A stretch of DNA of 64,000 bases. Source: Candidatus Omnitrophota bacterium. Its GTDB lineage: Bacteria > Omnitrophota > Gorgyraeia > Zapsychrales > Fredricksoniimonadaceae. The translations under genes and the position numbers were made by a program. Below the pieces are notes generated by a model, which was not told where the DNA came from, searched no databases, and saw only the letters and a list, made by a program, of their open reading frames with translations. Below are positions 32,418 through 41,435 of this stretch, in pieces (positions within the stretch are counted from its first letter, which is position 1; every line of letters begins with the position of its first letter). The DNA lies in contig CAIOPG010000004.1 in assembly GCA_903860135.1 (NCBI GenBank), positions 272,648 through 336,647 on the forward strand. Direction: 5' to 3'.

Positions 32418-33235
32418 TCACAGGAATGACAGGTTTTGGCGCCGCAGGGTTTGCCATTGGCAGGATCAAGGGGCAGATCGAGATCAAGAGTGTCAATCAC
32501 CGTTATTTAGACATTGCTTTTTATTTACCGTTGGGTTGCGGGATGATGGAAAACAAGATCCGTGAAATGCTCGCCAAGGTTATTTCTCGCGGGAGGATCA
32601 CAGTGTCGGTGCGCATTACGGACAAACCATCCCAGACCGTGTCTTTCAACGAGGATCTGATTGAAGAATACCTGCGCCATGCGCGCAGTATTGAAAAGAA
32701 ATATAAATTATCTAATAATCTAACACTTGCTGACCTTATCCGCATGCCGGGGATCGTTGATGTCAAGGAAGTGTTTATCGAGGCGGAGCAGTTGTGGCCG
32801 GCGGTTGAAAAGGGCTTGTTGGCGGCGATCAAAGGCTTTAAGGTCATGCGCCAGCGCGAGGGCAAGAGCCTGACAGCAGACATCGACGACAAACTCAAGC
32901 GCATGACTGCCAAGCTTAAGGCAATACAGAAACAGCACGATGATCTTTTAAAGGCTTACAGCAAGGCGAACAAACCCGAAGATTTTGCCTCATACCAGAA
33001 GAGCATCGACGTCAATGAGGAGATCAAGCGCTTCACGCATTATATCGCTGAAATGCGCGCGCTCCTGAAAGCTGCGGATCCTTCGGGCAAGAAAATGGAT
33101 TTTATCGCCCAGGAAATGCAGCGTGAGACCAATACGCTTGGATCCAAGCTTCAAGACCAGATGGTGTCCAACGCCGTCATTGCCTTAAAGAGCAAGATCG
33201 AAAAGATCCGCGAACAGGCCAACAACGTCGAGTGA
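32414..33235 (+). CDS. yicC: YicC family stress-induced protein
   Basis: MITGMTGFGAAGF… N-terminal YicC_N and C-terminal DUF1732-like region; start at MITGMTG overlapping ndk stop (ATGA). Confidence 0.75.
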   Translation: MITGMTGFGAAGFAIGRIKGQIEIKSVNHRYLDIAFYLPLGCGMMENKIREMLAKVISRGRITVSVRITDKPSQTVSFNEDLIEEYLRHARSIEKKYKLSNNLTLADLIRMPGIVDVKEVFIEAEQLWPAVEKGLLAAIKGFKVMRQREGKSLTADIDDKLKRMTAKLKAIQKQHDDLLKAYSKANKPEDFASYQKSIDVNEEIKRFTHYIAEMRALLKAADPSGKKMDFIAQEMQRETNTLGSKLQDQMVSNAVIALKSKIEKIREQANNVE

Positions 33236-33834
33236 TGACCAGGGGCCGCATCATCATCCTTTCAGGGCCGTCGGGGGTTGGCAAGACCACCCTGCACGAC
33301 CTTCTTTTGTCAACGCCTCCTTTTAAGGGCCGCATTGTGCGGTCGATCTCTGCGACAACACGACAACCGCGCGGGCAGGAACGCCACGGGAGGGATTATC
33401 TTTTTCTTTCTCCCAAAATGTTCGCGTACAAGGTTCGCGCCGGGCATTTTCTGGAATGGATGAAGGTGTTCGATCATTATTACGGAACACCCTTAAAGAA
33501 TGTGCACGACGCCCAGGCCCGGGGCCAGCATGTCCTTTTGTGCATTGATGTGCACGGGGCACTGGCCGTGAAGGCCAAAATACTTGACGCGCTCATGATC
33601 TTTGTGAAAACCCCGACGCCAGAAGAGCTTCGCCGCCGCCTAGAGGCACGCGGGACGGACTCGCCCGCAAGTGTCGCCATCCGCCTCAAGAAAGCCTGCG
33701 CCGAGATCGACCTCGCCGCGCGCTATGACCATGTGGTCGTCAACAACACCCTGCCCGAAGCCTTCAAACAATTAGCCACGATCGTAGCACAAGAATTGGG
33801 GATTGTGCTGAAGGGGAACGTGACTGAGGCGTAA
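33232..33834 (+). CDS. gmk: Guanylate kinase
   Basis: P-loop LSGPSGVGKTT; GK signature …RQPRGQERHGRDYLF…. Confidence 0.85.
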   Translation: MMTRGRIIILSGPSGVGKTTLHDLLLSTPPFKGRIVRSISATTRQPRGQERHGRDYLFLSPKMFAYKVRAGHFLEWMKVFDHYYGTPLKNVHDAQARGQHVLLCIDVHGALAVKAKILDALMIFVKTPTPEELRRRLEARGTDSPASVAIRLKKACAEIDLAARYDHVVVNNTLPEAFKQLATIVAQELGIVLKGNVTEA

Positions 33835-33929
33835 CATCTTTTTCCGTCGGGATGCGTTGACATTTGGGCGGGGTTGTGCTATATAACAATGCTATTCTTC
33901 AGGTTAAAAGATGATTAGGGAGGGTTACG

Positions 33930-34169
33930 ATGGCGTATTTACCGTTGGAAGACTTGTTGCCGCGCGCGGCTAACAGTTCGTATAAGTTGGTTCGCATGGT
34001 TGCCATGCGGGCGCTGGAGGTTGGCGAAGGCGGGGCAAAGCTGGTCGCGTCGTCGATCAACGAGAAGCCGGTAACAACCGCCATGCGCGAAGTTATCGCC
34101 GGGTGTGTGATGACCAAAGAAGCTTCTGATATCATGAAGAAGGCGGCCAAGGCGGCCAAGCACGCGTAA
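33930..34169 (+). CDS. rpoZ: DNA-directed RNA polymerase omega subunit
   Basis: MAYLPLEDLLPRAANSSYKLVRMVAMRALEV… typical RpoZ; classic gmk-rpoZ linkage. Confidence 0.8.
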   Translation: MAYLPLEDLLPRAANSSYKLVRMVAMRALEVGEGGAKLVASSINEKPVTTAMREVIAGCVMTKEASDIMKKAAKAAKHA

Positions 34170-34173
34170 TTCG

Positions 34174-34728
34174 ATGGGTAAGCCGTGCGTTGTTCTGGGT
34201 GTGACCGGAAGCATTGCCGCGTACAAGGCGGGTGATATTATCCGTCGGTTGCACGATGAGCACTGTGACGTTGTTGTTGTGATGACGCCGGCCGCGGAAA
34301 AGTTTGTGACACCGCTGACGTTTGAAGTTCTTTCCCGGGGTCCTGTTTATCGGGATATGTTTGCGCGTGAGGGCAATTGGGATATTGCCCATGTGGCGCT
34401 GGCCCAGCGGGCTGATATTTTTCTGATCGCGCCGGCAACGGCTGATTGCCTTGCCAAGGTTGTGGCGGGGATAGCCGATGACCTGGTATGTTGTACCGCC
34501 GTGGCGACTAAAGCGCCGGTCGTGATCGCTCCGGCGATGAATACAGATATGTTCACGAGTGCTGTTGTTCAGGAAAATATCGCCCGGCTGACAGCGCGGG
34601 GCATTAAATTTGTTGCACCTAAAGAAAATTCCCGTTTGGCGTGTGGCGTGACGGGGCAGGGTGCCCTGGCGGATGTGGATGTGATCGTCAGGACGGTCGT
34701 TGATCTTTTGAAATCTGTGGCGCGGTAG
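34174..34728 (+). CDS. HFCD-family flavoprotein (phosphopantothenoylcysteine decarboxylase CoaC-like domain only, 184 aa)
   Basis: CVVLGVTGSIAAYKAGDIIRRL flavin-binding N-terminus, PxMNxxMW-like motif (APAMNTDMF); no CoaB domain follows; 3' end overlaps tRNA-Cys by 10 nt. Confidence 0.65.
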   Translation: MGKPCVVLGVTGSIAAYKAGDIIRRLHDEHCDVVVVMTPAAEKFVTPLTFEVLSRGPVYRDMFAREGNWDIAHVALAQRADIFLIAPATADCLAKVVAGIADDLVCCTAVATKAPVVIAPAMNTDMFTSAVVQENIARLTARGIKFVAPKENSRLACGVTGQGALADVDVIVRTVVDLLKSVAR

Positions 34729-34793
34729 CCAAGTGGTAAGGCAGCAGTCTGCAAAACTGCTATGCACCGGTTCAAATCCGGTCCGCGCCTCCA
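34719..34793 (+). tRNA. tRNA-Cys (GCA)
   Basis: Manual fold: acceptor GGCGCGG/CCGCGCC, anticodon stem GCAGT/ACTGC with loop CTGCAAA, T-loop TTCAAAT, 3' TCCA encoded. Confidence 0.85.
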
Positions 34794-34814
34794 ATGTTTT
34801 TGCCGGATGTATAC

Positions 34815-34897
34815 GGGCGAGTGGTGGAATGGTATACACGAAGGACTTAAAATCCTTTGGCTGAAAGGCCTTGAGGGTTCAATTCCCTCCTCGCCCA
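34815..34897 (+). tRNA. tRNA-Leu (TAA), long variable arm
   Basis: Acceptor GGGCGAG/CTCGCCC, anticodon stem AAGGA/TCCTT with loop CTTAAAA, long variable arm, T-arm GAGGG-TTCAATT-CCCTC; similar to E. coli tRNA-Leu(UAA). Confidence 0.8.
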
Positions 34898-34976
34898 TGT
34901 TTTTGGATGGCAGGAAAGATTTTTCTTGTGGCTTTTTGTTTCACACGATATACTCTTGAAAAATTTCGCGCTTATT

Positions 34977-35054
34977 GGACCCATAGCTCAGTTTGGTTAG
35001 AGCGCTTCCTTGACATGGAAGAGGTCAGAGGTTCGAGTCCTCTTGGGTCCACCA
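34977..35054 (+). tRNA. tRNA-Val (GAC)
   Basis: GGACCCATAGCTCAGTTTGGTTAGAGCGCTTCCTTGACATGGAAG… near-identical architecture to E. coli tRNA-Val(GAC); CCA encoded. Confidence 0.85.
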
Positions 35055-35064
35055 TTTTTAACCC

Positions 35065-36828
35065 TTGCCGACGGATATGTCGGTTTTATTTTCTATGGAC
35101 TATTCACGCGATATTGATAAATTACGTCACACCTGCGCTCATGTGATGGCCCAGGCGGTCAAACTGTTGTGGCCCGAGGCCAAGGCGGCGATCGGCCCGG
35201 CGATCGACAACGGTTTTTATTATGACTTCGATAAGAAGGAGCCGTTCACCGACCAGGACCTGGCCCAGATCACCAAGGCCATGCAGAAGATCATTAACAA
35301 AGACCTTCCGCTGACGGCAACGCTCGTCGATAAAAAGGCGGCGATTGATATTTTCAGCAACCTGGGCGAGACGTATAAGATTGAGCTGATCAACGGAATC
35401 GTTGACGAAAAAGTTTCCATTTATACGACGGGCGACAACCAGTATGCGGACTTGTGCAAGGGGCCGCATGTGGCGTCCACCGGCGCGATCAAGGCGTTCA
35501 AACTTATGTCTGTCGCCGGGGCGTATTGGCGCGGTGATCAGAAGAACGCCATGCTTCAGCGCATTTACGGTACATGCTTTGCGTCGAAAGAAGAGCTGGA
35601 TCAATATTTGAAAGGCATTGAGGAAGCGGACAAGCGTGACCATCGCAAGATCGGTGCCGCGCTTGACCTGTTCCATATTTATCATGAAGAAGCCGGCGCG
35701 GGGTTGGTGTTCTATCACCCCAAAGGGGCTTTGATGCGCAAGATCCTCGAGGATTTTACGCGCAACCTGCATTTGAAGCGCGGGTATGACCTTGTGCAGA
35801 CGCCGAATTTCCTGCGCGGGAAGCTGTGGGAAATCTCCGGCCACGCGGACCATTACCGCGAGAACATGTATTATTTCAAGATCGACGACGAGGAATATGC
35901 GGTCAAGCCCATGAACTGCCCGGGCCACATGCTCATTTACAAGCATCGCCTGCATTCATACCGAGAACTGCCGATCAAGCTGTTTGAGCTGGGTACGGTT
36001 TATCGTTATGAAAAAGCGGGCGTATTGCATGGCTTGTTGCGGGTGCGCGGCTTTACGCAGGACGATGCGCATATTTTCTGCCGCCGCGATCAGGTAAAGG
36101 TTGAAGTTGAAAAGGTGCTCGACCTCGCTTTTGAAATCCTTTCCGCGTTCGGGTTTAAGGATTACACGATCAAGCTGAGTACGCGTCCTGAAAAATTTAT
36201 CGGCCGGCCTGAAGATTGGGCGTTGGCGACAGAGTCCCTCAAGCAGGCACTTGAAAGCAAGGGCATTGCCTATGAGATCAATGAAGGCGATGGCGCTTTC
36301 TACGGGCCCAAGATTGATTTGAAGCTTAAAGATGCGTTGGGCCGTGAATGGCAGTGCAGTACGATCCAGTGTGATTTTGCCCTGCCCGAACGCTTTGACC
36401 TTTCGTTCATGAATGACCAGGGTGTGGCCGAACGGCCGATCATGCTCCATCGTGCGCTTTTTGGCAGTGTGGAGCGCTTCTTTGGTACACTCATTGAGCA
36501 CCATGCCGGCAATTTTCCGTTGTGGCTGGCACCGGTGCAGGTCATTGTTGTTCCGATCAAGTCCGATCATGATGCATTTGCCAAAGCCGTGGTGGAAAAA
36601 TTGCGCCAGGAAGATATCCGTGTTGAGCTCGATGCGCGCAATGAATCGTTGGGAAAACGTATCCGCGAAGCGCGCCTTCAGCGCACCCCGTATGTCCTTG
36701 TCATTGGGGATAAAGAGGTGGCGGGGGCCATGGTCGCGGTCAGAAAACGCCCGGAAACGGACCTGGGCGCGATGCCCGTGGAGCAGTTCTTAAGCCTTGT
36801 ATGTAAAGAGATTGTTGACAAAATTTAG
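35065..36828 (+). CDS. thrS: Threonyl-tRNA synthetase (lacks N-terminal TGS/N1 domain)
   Basis: Aligns to E. coli ThrRS from about residue 64 (HTCAHVMAQAVKLLWPEAKAAIGPAIDNGFYYDFD…); class II motifs and anticodon-binding domain present; TTG start 11 nt after tRNA-Val. Confidence 0.9.
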   Translation: MPTDMSVLFSMDYSRDIDKLRHTCAHVMAQAVKLLWPEAKAAIGPAIDNGFYYDFDKKEPFTDQDLAQITKAMQKIINKDLPLTATLVDKKAAIDIFSNLGETYKIELINGIVDEKVSIYTTGDNQYADLCKGPHVASTGAIKAFKLMSVAGAYWRGDQKNAMLQRIYGTCFASKEELDQYLKGIEEADKRDHRKIGAALDLFHIYHEEAGAGLVFYHPKGALMRKILEDFTRNLHLKRGYDLVQTPNFLRGKLWEISGHADHYRENMYYFKIDDEEYAVKPMNCPGHMLIYKHRLHSYRELPIKLFELGTVYRYEKAGVLHGLLRVRGFTQDDAHIFCRRDQVKVEVEKVLDLAFEILSAFGFKDYTIKLSTRPEKFIGRPEDWALATESLKQALESKGIAYEINEGDGAFYGPKIDLKLKDALGREWQCSTIQCDFALPERFDLSFMNDQGVAERPIMLHRALFGSVERFFGTLIEHHAGNFPLWLAPVQVIVVPIKSDHDAFAKAVVEKLRQEDIRVELDARNESLGKRIREARLQRTPYVLVIGDKEVAGAMVAVRKRPETDLGAMPVEQFLSLVCKEIVDKI

Positions 36829-36945
36829 TTTTTTAAGATAATAGGGCATTGAATTTTTTTCCAAAAGCCTTTCTGACGCGTTGTCAGCAGGGAAATGGAT
36901 GGCAGTCCCGCCGGAAATGCGAGACTTTATAGGGAGGTGGTCGTT

Positions 36946-37464
36946 ATTCAAAAGAGGATCCGTATCAATGAGCAGATCCGTTCGAATGAGGTTCGTGTCA
37001 TAGGACCTAACTCGGAACAGCTCGGTGTAGTAACGTCAATCCGGGCCATGGAACTTGCGGATCAGCATGAACTTGACCTTGTTGAAGTTGCACCTACAGC
37101 CAAGCCGCCTGTTTGCCGCATCATGGATTTCAGCAAGTATAAATATGAGCAGGAAAAGAAGGAACGTCGCGCCAAGAAACACGCGCACATCTCCCAGCTC
37201 AAGCAGATCAAGATCAAGCCGCATATCGAGGAACATGATTATCAGACCAAGCTGAAGCAGACGCTGGCGTTCCTTGATAAAAAAGATAAAGTAAGGATCA
37301 ACCTGTTTTTCCAGGGTCGTGAAATGGCATTCCGCGAAAAGGCCAAGACGCTCCTGGATCGGTTCGTGACCGATACCGCCGAGGTTGCGCAGATAGAAAA
37401 AGATGTGATGATGGAAGGCAAAGTCATGTCCATTGTCATCGCCCCGAAGGCTGATAAGGCGTAA
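36946..37464 (+). CDS. infC: Translation initiation factor IF-3 (inferred AUU start)
   Basis: IF3 N and C domains (…INEQIRSNEVRVIGPNSEQLGV…). In-frame ATT at 36946 lies 9 nt after GGAGG, matching the conserved non-AUG infC start. Track ORF starts at ATG 36895. Confidence 0.75.
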   Translation: MQKRIRINEQIRSNEVRVIGPNSEQLGVVTSIRAMELADQHELDLVEVAPTAKPPVCRIMDFSKYKYEQEKKERRAKKHAHISQLKQIKIKPHIEEHDYQTKLKQTLAFLDKKDKVRINLFFQGREMAFREKAKTLLDRFVTDTAEVAQIEKDVMMEGKVMSIVIAPKADKA

Positions 37465-37495
37465 CAGCAAGGGTTAACAAAAGAGGTCGTAGAGT

Positions 37496-37693
37496 ATGCC
37501 CAAGTTAAAAACAAAAAAAGGCGTGGCCAAGCGCTTTAAGATCACCAAGTCTGGTAAGATCAAGAAACGCAGTGCGGGCCGCGGACACATTCTTTCTAAA
37601 ATGACACGTAAACGTAAGCGCAAACTCCGCAAAAGCGGTTATCTTGCCGGCGTCGAAGTAAAGAAGATCAGGAGGATGCTCCCGTATGGTTAA
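37496..37693 (+). CDS. rpmI: 50S ribosomal protein L35
   Basis: MPKLKTKKGVAKRFKITKSGKIKKR…. Confidence 0.9.
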   Translation: MPKLKTKKGVAKRFKITKSGKIKKRSAGRGHILSKMTRKRKRKLRKSGYLAGVEVKKIRRMLPYG

Positions 37694-38078
37694 GATCAAG
37701 AATTCCGTCGCGCGGAAAAAAGGGCGTAAACGCGTTTTTAGACTGACCAAGGGTTTTTATGGTCAGAAAAAGAATCGCTGGGGTCAGGCCATGCGCGCGC
37801 TCATCAAGGCGTTGCGTTACAGTGCCCGCGACAGAAAGGCCCGTGCCCGCGCTTTCCGCAGTCTGTGGATCGTGCGTATTAATGCCGCGTGCCAGTCACA
37901 TGGTTTGGTTTACAGCCGTTTTATCAAGGGGCTGAAGGCTGCCAAGATCGAGATCAACCGCAAGATGCTGGCGGAGATCGCGCTGAATGATGCGCCTACG
38001 TTCAAGAAGATCGTTGATATCGCGGACAAGGCTATTCCGGCCAATGTCACGCGCAAAAAGGTTCCCGCCAAGGCGTAA
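37686..38078 (+). CDS. rplT: 50S ribosomal protein L20
   Basis: …RKKGRKRVFRLTKGFYGQKKNRWGQA…; classic infC-rpmI-rplT operon. Confidence 0.9.
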   Translation: MVKIKNSVARKKGRKRVFRLTKGFYGQKKNRWGQAMRALIKALRYSARDRKARARAFRSLWIVRINAACQSHGLVYSRFIKGLKAAKIEINRKMLAEIALNDAPTFKKIVDIADKAIPANVTRKKVPAKA

Positions 38079-38101
38079 GCTTTTTCCTTGGAGAAACTAT
38101 T

Positions 38102-38130
38102 AAGGGCTCCTTTCTTAAGGAGCCCTTTTT
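38102..38130 (+). terminator. Rho-independent terminator after rplT (AAGGGCTCCTT-tctt-AAGGAGCCCTT + TTT)
   Basis: Perfect 11-bp stem, 4-nt loop, T-tract; read from sequence. Confidence 0.7.
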
Positions 38131-38178
38131 ATGTTATAATATGATTTTTAATGACTAACATCGACGATAAGGCTTGAG

Positions 38179-39192
38179 ATGAGTTGGGATTTTGAGACGA
38201 TAAAACACGATGTAGCGATCCAGGTGGCAGGGGCTGGGGTGCTCGACGCGCTCGAGGCGGTACGCATTAAGTTCCTCGGCAAGAAGGGCCTTGTGCCGGA
38301 GATGTACGCGGCACTTCCGTCGGCGGCGCCTGATGAGAAAAAGGCACTGGGCAAAAATGCCAATGAAATCAAGGTGCTGGCGGAAACGCTGATCGCGGCG
38401 CGCAAGGTGGCGCTAACGGCGCAGGCCAAGGTGGGGGACGCCCTTGATGTTACGCTTCCGGGCATGGCCGTGGCGCAGGGGACACAGCACTTGATCAATC
38501 AGACGCTCGAAGAGATCTGTGATGTTTTTTTGCGCATGGGCTTTGTGATCGAGCGTGGGCCCGAGATCGAAACAGAGTTCCATAATTTCACGGCCTTGAA
38601 CATTCCGCTCGACCATCCGTCGCGCGATGCGTTTGATACGTTTTATCTGGATGAGAAAGATCCGGGGGCGGACGGCCGGTATCTGCTCTTGCGCAGTCAT
38701 ACGTCGCCGGGGCAGATGCGGGTTATGAAACAACACAAGCCGCCGATGGCGGTCATCATCCCGGGTAAGGTATATCGACCCGACGCGGTGGACGCGAGCC
38801 ATTCGTTCATGTTCCATCAGATCGAGGGTCTTCTGATCGACAAGAATGTTACGTTCGCGGACCTTAAGGGGCTGTTGACGGCGTTCTGTAAAAAGTTTTT
38901 TGGTGATGATGTGAAGATGCGGTTCCGCCCGCATTTCTTTCCGTTCACGGAGCCGTCGGCGGAGGTGGATATTCAGTCGAACATTTTCAAAGGGAGAGCC
39001 GGCAAGTGGCTGGAGATCCTGGGGTGCGGCATGGTGCATCCTAAGGTGTTCGAACATGCGGGTTATCCGCCGGGTGAATATACGGGGCTGGCGTTTGGCC
39101 TTGGGGTGGAACGCATTGCCATGCTCAAGCACGGCATTGGCGATATTCGTGTTTTTACTGAAAACGATCTCAGATTCCTTAAACAATTTTAG
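38179..39192 (+). CDS. pheS: Phenylalanyl-tRNA synthetase alpha subunit
   Basis: Class II aaRS motifs (…FRPHFFPFTEPSAEVD…, …GCGMVHP…GLAFGLGVERIAM). Confidence 0.9.
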   Translation: MSWDFETIKHDVAIQVAGAGVLDALEAVRIKFLGKKGLVPEMYAALPSAAPDEKKALGKNANEIKVLAETLIAARKVALTAQAKVGDALDVTLPGMAVAQGTQHLINQTLEEICDVFLRMGFVIERGPEIETEFHNFTALNIPLDHPSRDAFDTFYLDEKDPGADGRYLLLRSHTSPGQMRVMKQHKPPMAVIIPGKVYRPDAVDASHSFMFHQIEGLLIDKNVTFADLKGLLTAFCKKFFGDDVKMRFRPHFFPFTEPSAEVDIQSNIFKGRAGKWLEILGCGMVHPKVFEHAGYPPGEYTGLAFGLGVERIAMLKHGIGDIRVFTENDLRFLKQF

Positions 39193-39198
39193 GACTTT

Positions 39199-41223
39199 AT
39201 GAAATTAAGTTTGAATTGGTTAAAGCATTACATTGAGCATGGGTTGACGGCCGCTGAACTTTCTGCGCGCATGACCATGGCGGGGTTGGAAGTGGAACAT
39301 CAGGAAACGGTCGATGGCGATACCGTCTTTGAGATCGAGATCACGCCCAATCGGCCCGATTGCCTTAACATGCTGGGGCTGGCGCGTGAGGTGTCGGCGA
39401 TCACAGATAAAGCGTTGTGCCTTCCGGTGGTGAATGTTCATGCGGATCAGGCGGGGATTGAGATTGTTGTTGAAGATAAAGAGGCTTGTCGTCGATATAT
39501 TGGCACGCTGATCGAAGGCGTGACGGTGCGTGAATTTCCGGCGGACAAGGCGAAGGTCTTGCAGGCCATCGGGGTGAAGACGATCTCCAACATTGTTGAT
39601 GTTACCAATTTTGTATTGTTTGAATACGGACAGCCCCTGCATGCGTTTGATGCGGACAAACTTGTCGGTGGCAAGATCGTCGTGCGCCGGGCGAAGAAGG
39701 GTGAGAAGCTTGTGACGCTCGATGAGGTGGAGCGGGTGCTGGATGAAAGTATTCTGGTGATCGCGGATGCGGAAAAACCTGTGGCCATCGCCGGTATTAT
39801 GGGCGGGAAAGCAACGGGTGTGACGTCGGCGACGAAGCGCATTATCTTGGAGAGTGCCTATTTTGATATGGGGCTTGTCCGTCGGGCGTCGCGCAAGCTC
39901 GGGCTGGGCAGTGATGCCAGTTACAGGTTTGAGCGCGGGGTGGATATGGGCGGTGTGGTGAAAGCATCAGATCGTGCGACGGACATGATCCTCGCCCTGG
40001 CCGGTGGCAAGGTCGTGGCCCGGCGAGATACGGGTGCCGGTATCACGGCGGCGGTGCGTCTTGCGATCACGGTGTCTGCCAATGATATAAAAAAACTTTT
40101 GGGTACAACGATTGATACGGCCCGGGCGCGGCGTATCCTGGAGCGTTTGGGCTGTGCCGTGACGGTGGCCGGTGATGTGATGACGGTGATCCCCCCGGAC
40201 AATCGCAATGATCTAAAGATCAAGGAAGATATTATCGAAGAAGCCGGGCGCGTGGTCGGGTTTGATAATTTGCCGCTGACCTTGCCGCGTGTGGGGGCGT
40301 TGAATATTCCCGTTGATCTGGAGCGTGAGGATTTCAACCGGCGCGTGGCGGCCAGTTTTATGGCCCAGGGGTTTAATGAAATATTGACCTATGCCATGAT
40401 CAGCCGTGCGGCGTTGGAAAAAGCCGGGTACGACGGGGTTAAGCCGGTGGCCATGCAGAATCCGATGTCAGCGGAGCAGGAATTGATGCGCCCGGCGGTA
40501 TTGGCGAATATGCTTTTGGTTGTGGCATCGAACATGAACCATGGGCAGAAGGATCTTTGTTTGTTCGAGGTCGGCAAGCGGTACCTGCCGACGGGTGAAC
40601 GGTGGACGCTGGGTGTGATCCTGACGGGGCGGCGTGCCAATGACTGGCGTCGGGGTAAACGTGAGGCCATGGATTTCTTTGATATCAAAGGCGCGGTTGA
40701 AACGGCCTTTGGGCGTCAGCGTGTGGCGGGTTTGAAATTTATCGTCGGCAAAGATGCTGGGTTAGAGCCGGGGCAGACGGCGCGGGTTTTGATCGGAAAT
40801 CAGGATGTAGGCCGTATCGGGAAAGTGGCTGAGCAGGTGCTGCTTAATTTTGAGATCAAGAAGGCGGATGTTTATTTTGCGGAGATTGACCTGGAATATG
40901 CGCGTGATGCCGTAACGCCGCGGTTGAAGTTCGAGGCGCTGGATGAATATCCTTCCGTCGTGCGGGATGTGAGCCTGGCGGTGAAGGATGTGGTGTTTGA
41001 AGACTTGCGTGCGTTGTGTTTGGCTAATGGCCAGGGGTTGTTGCGCAAAGTTGAGCTTGTGGAAGAGTACCGTGGTGATAAGATAGAGGCTGGATTTAAG
41101 GGGCTGGTTGTTTCCTTGACGTATCAGGCCAAGGACAGGACATTGACCGAGGATGTGATCACAGCGTTGCATGAGGGTATTGTGGCAAAATTGCTGGGAA
41201 GTTTTACAGCACGCCGGAGATAA
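39199..41223 (+). CDS. pheT: Phenylalanyl-tRNA synthetase beta subunit (short form, 674 aa)
   Basis: MKLSLNWLKHYIEHGLTAAELSARMTMAGLEVE… B3/4, B5, FDX-ACB domains. Confidence 0.9.
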   Translation: MKLSLNWLKHYIEHGLTAAELSARMTMAGLEVEHQETVDGDTVFEIEITPNRPDCLNMLGLAREVSAITDKALCLPVVNVHADQAGIEIVVEDKEACRRYIGTLIEGVTVREFPADKAKVLQAIGVKTISNIVDVTNFVLFEYGQPLHAFDADKLVGGKIVVRRAKKGEKLVTLDEVERVLDESILVIADAEKPVAIAGIMGGKATGVTSATKRIILESAYFDMGLVRRASRKLGLGSDASYRFERGVDMGGVVKASDRATDMILALAGGKVVARRDTGAGITAAVRLAITVSANDIKKLLGTTIDTARARRILERLGCAVTVAGDVMTVIPPDNRNDLKIKEDIIEEAGRVVGFDNLPLTLPRVGALNIPVDLEREDFNRRVAASFMAQGFNEILTYAMISRAALEKAGYDGVKPVAMQNPMSAEQELMRPAVLANMLLVVASNMNHGQKDLCLFEVGKRYLPTGERWTLGVILTGRRANDWRRGKREAMDFFDIKGAVETAFGRQRVAGLKFIVGKDAGLEPGQTARVLIGNQDVGRIGKVAEQVLLNFEIKKADVYFAEIDLEYARDAVTPRLKFEALDEYPSVVRDVSLAVKDVVFEDLRALCLANGQGLLRKVELVEEYRGDKIEAGFKGLVVSLTYQAKDRTLTEDVITALHEGIVAKLLGSFTARRR

Positions 41224-41386
41224 TTTTATCTGCCTGCTGTGTTCGTCAGGGGGTATGTAAATTTGAACCAATGCGTTTCTAAAGGGGTTTGTTGTCTTGC
41301 GCGCCCAAGGGCCGTGAGCTTTTCCCCACCTGTCTACCAGGTTCGAATACGCACGCTCTCAACGGCATAAGCGGGTTTTATTTCAG

Positions 41387-41423
41387 CCCTGCGCTCAACA
41401 TAAGAGCGCGGGGTTCATTTTTT
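41387..41423 (+). terminator. Hairpin (CCCTGCGCTC-7nt-GAGCGCGGGG, one G:U) followed by TTCATTTTTT, just upstream of rarA start
   Basis: Read from sequence; may terminate pheST transcripts or act as attenuator/5' structure of rarA. Confidence 0.35.
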
Positions 41424-41435
41424 ATGAGGGTTACT

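Noticed and set aside
34132-34839. 235-aa minus-strand ORF
   Set aside because: Runs antisense across the CoaC-like gene and two tRNA genes; spurious.
35122-35955. 277-aa minus-strand ORF
   Set aside because: Antisense to thrS (clear class II aaRS); spurious.
38413-39186. 257-aa minus-strand ORF
   Set aside because: Antisense to pheS; Arg/His-rich artefact.
41255-41386. tRNA-like fragment (…CCAGGTTCGAATAC…) suggesting a tRNA or tmRNA gene between pheT and rarA
   Set aside because: Could not fold a cloverleaf; no acceptor-stem complement found; treated as chance T-arm resemblance.
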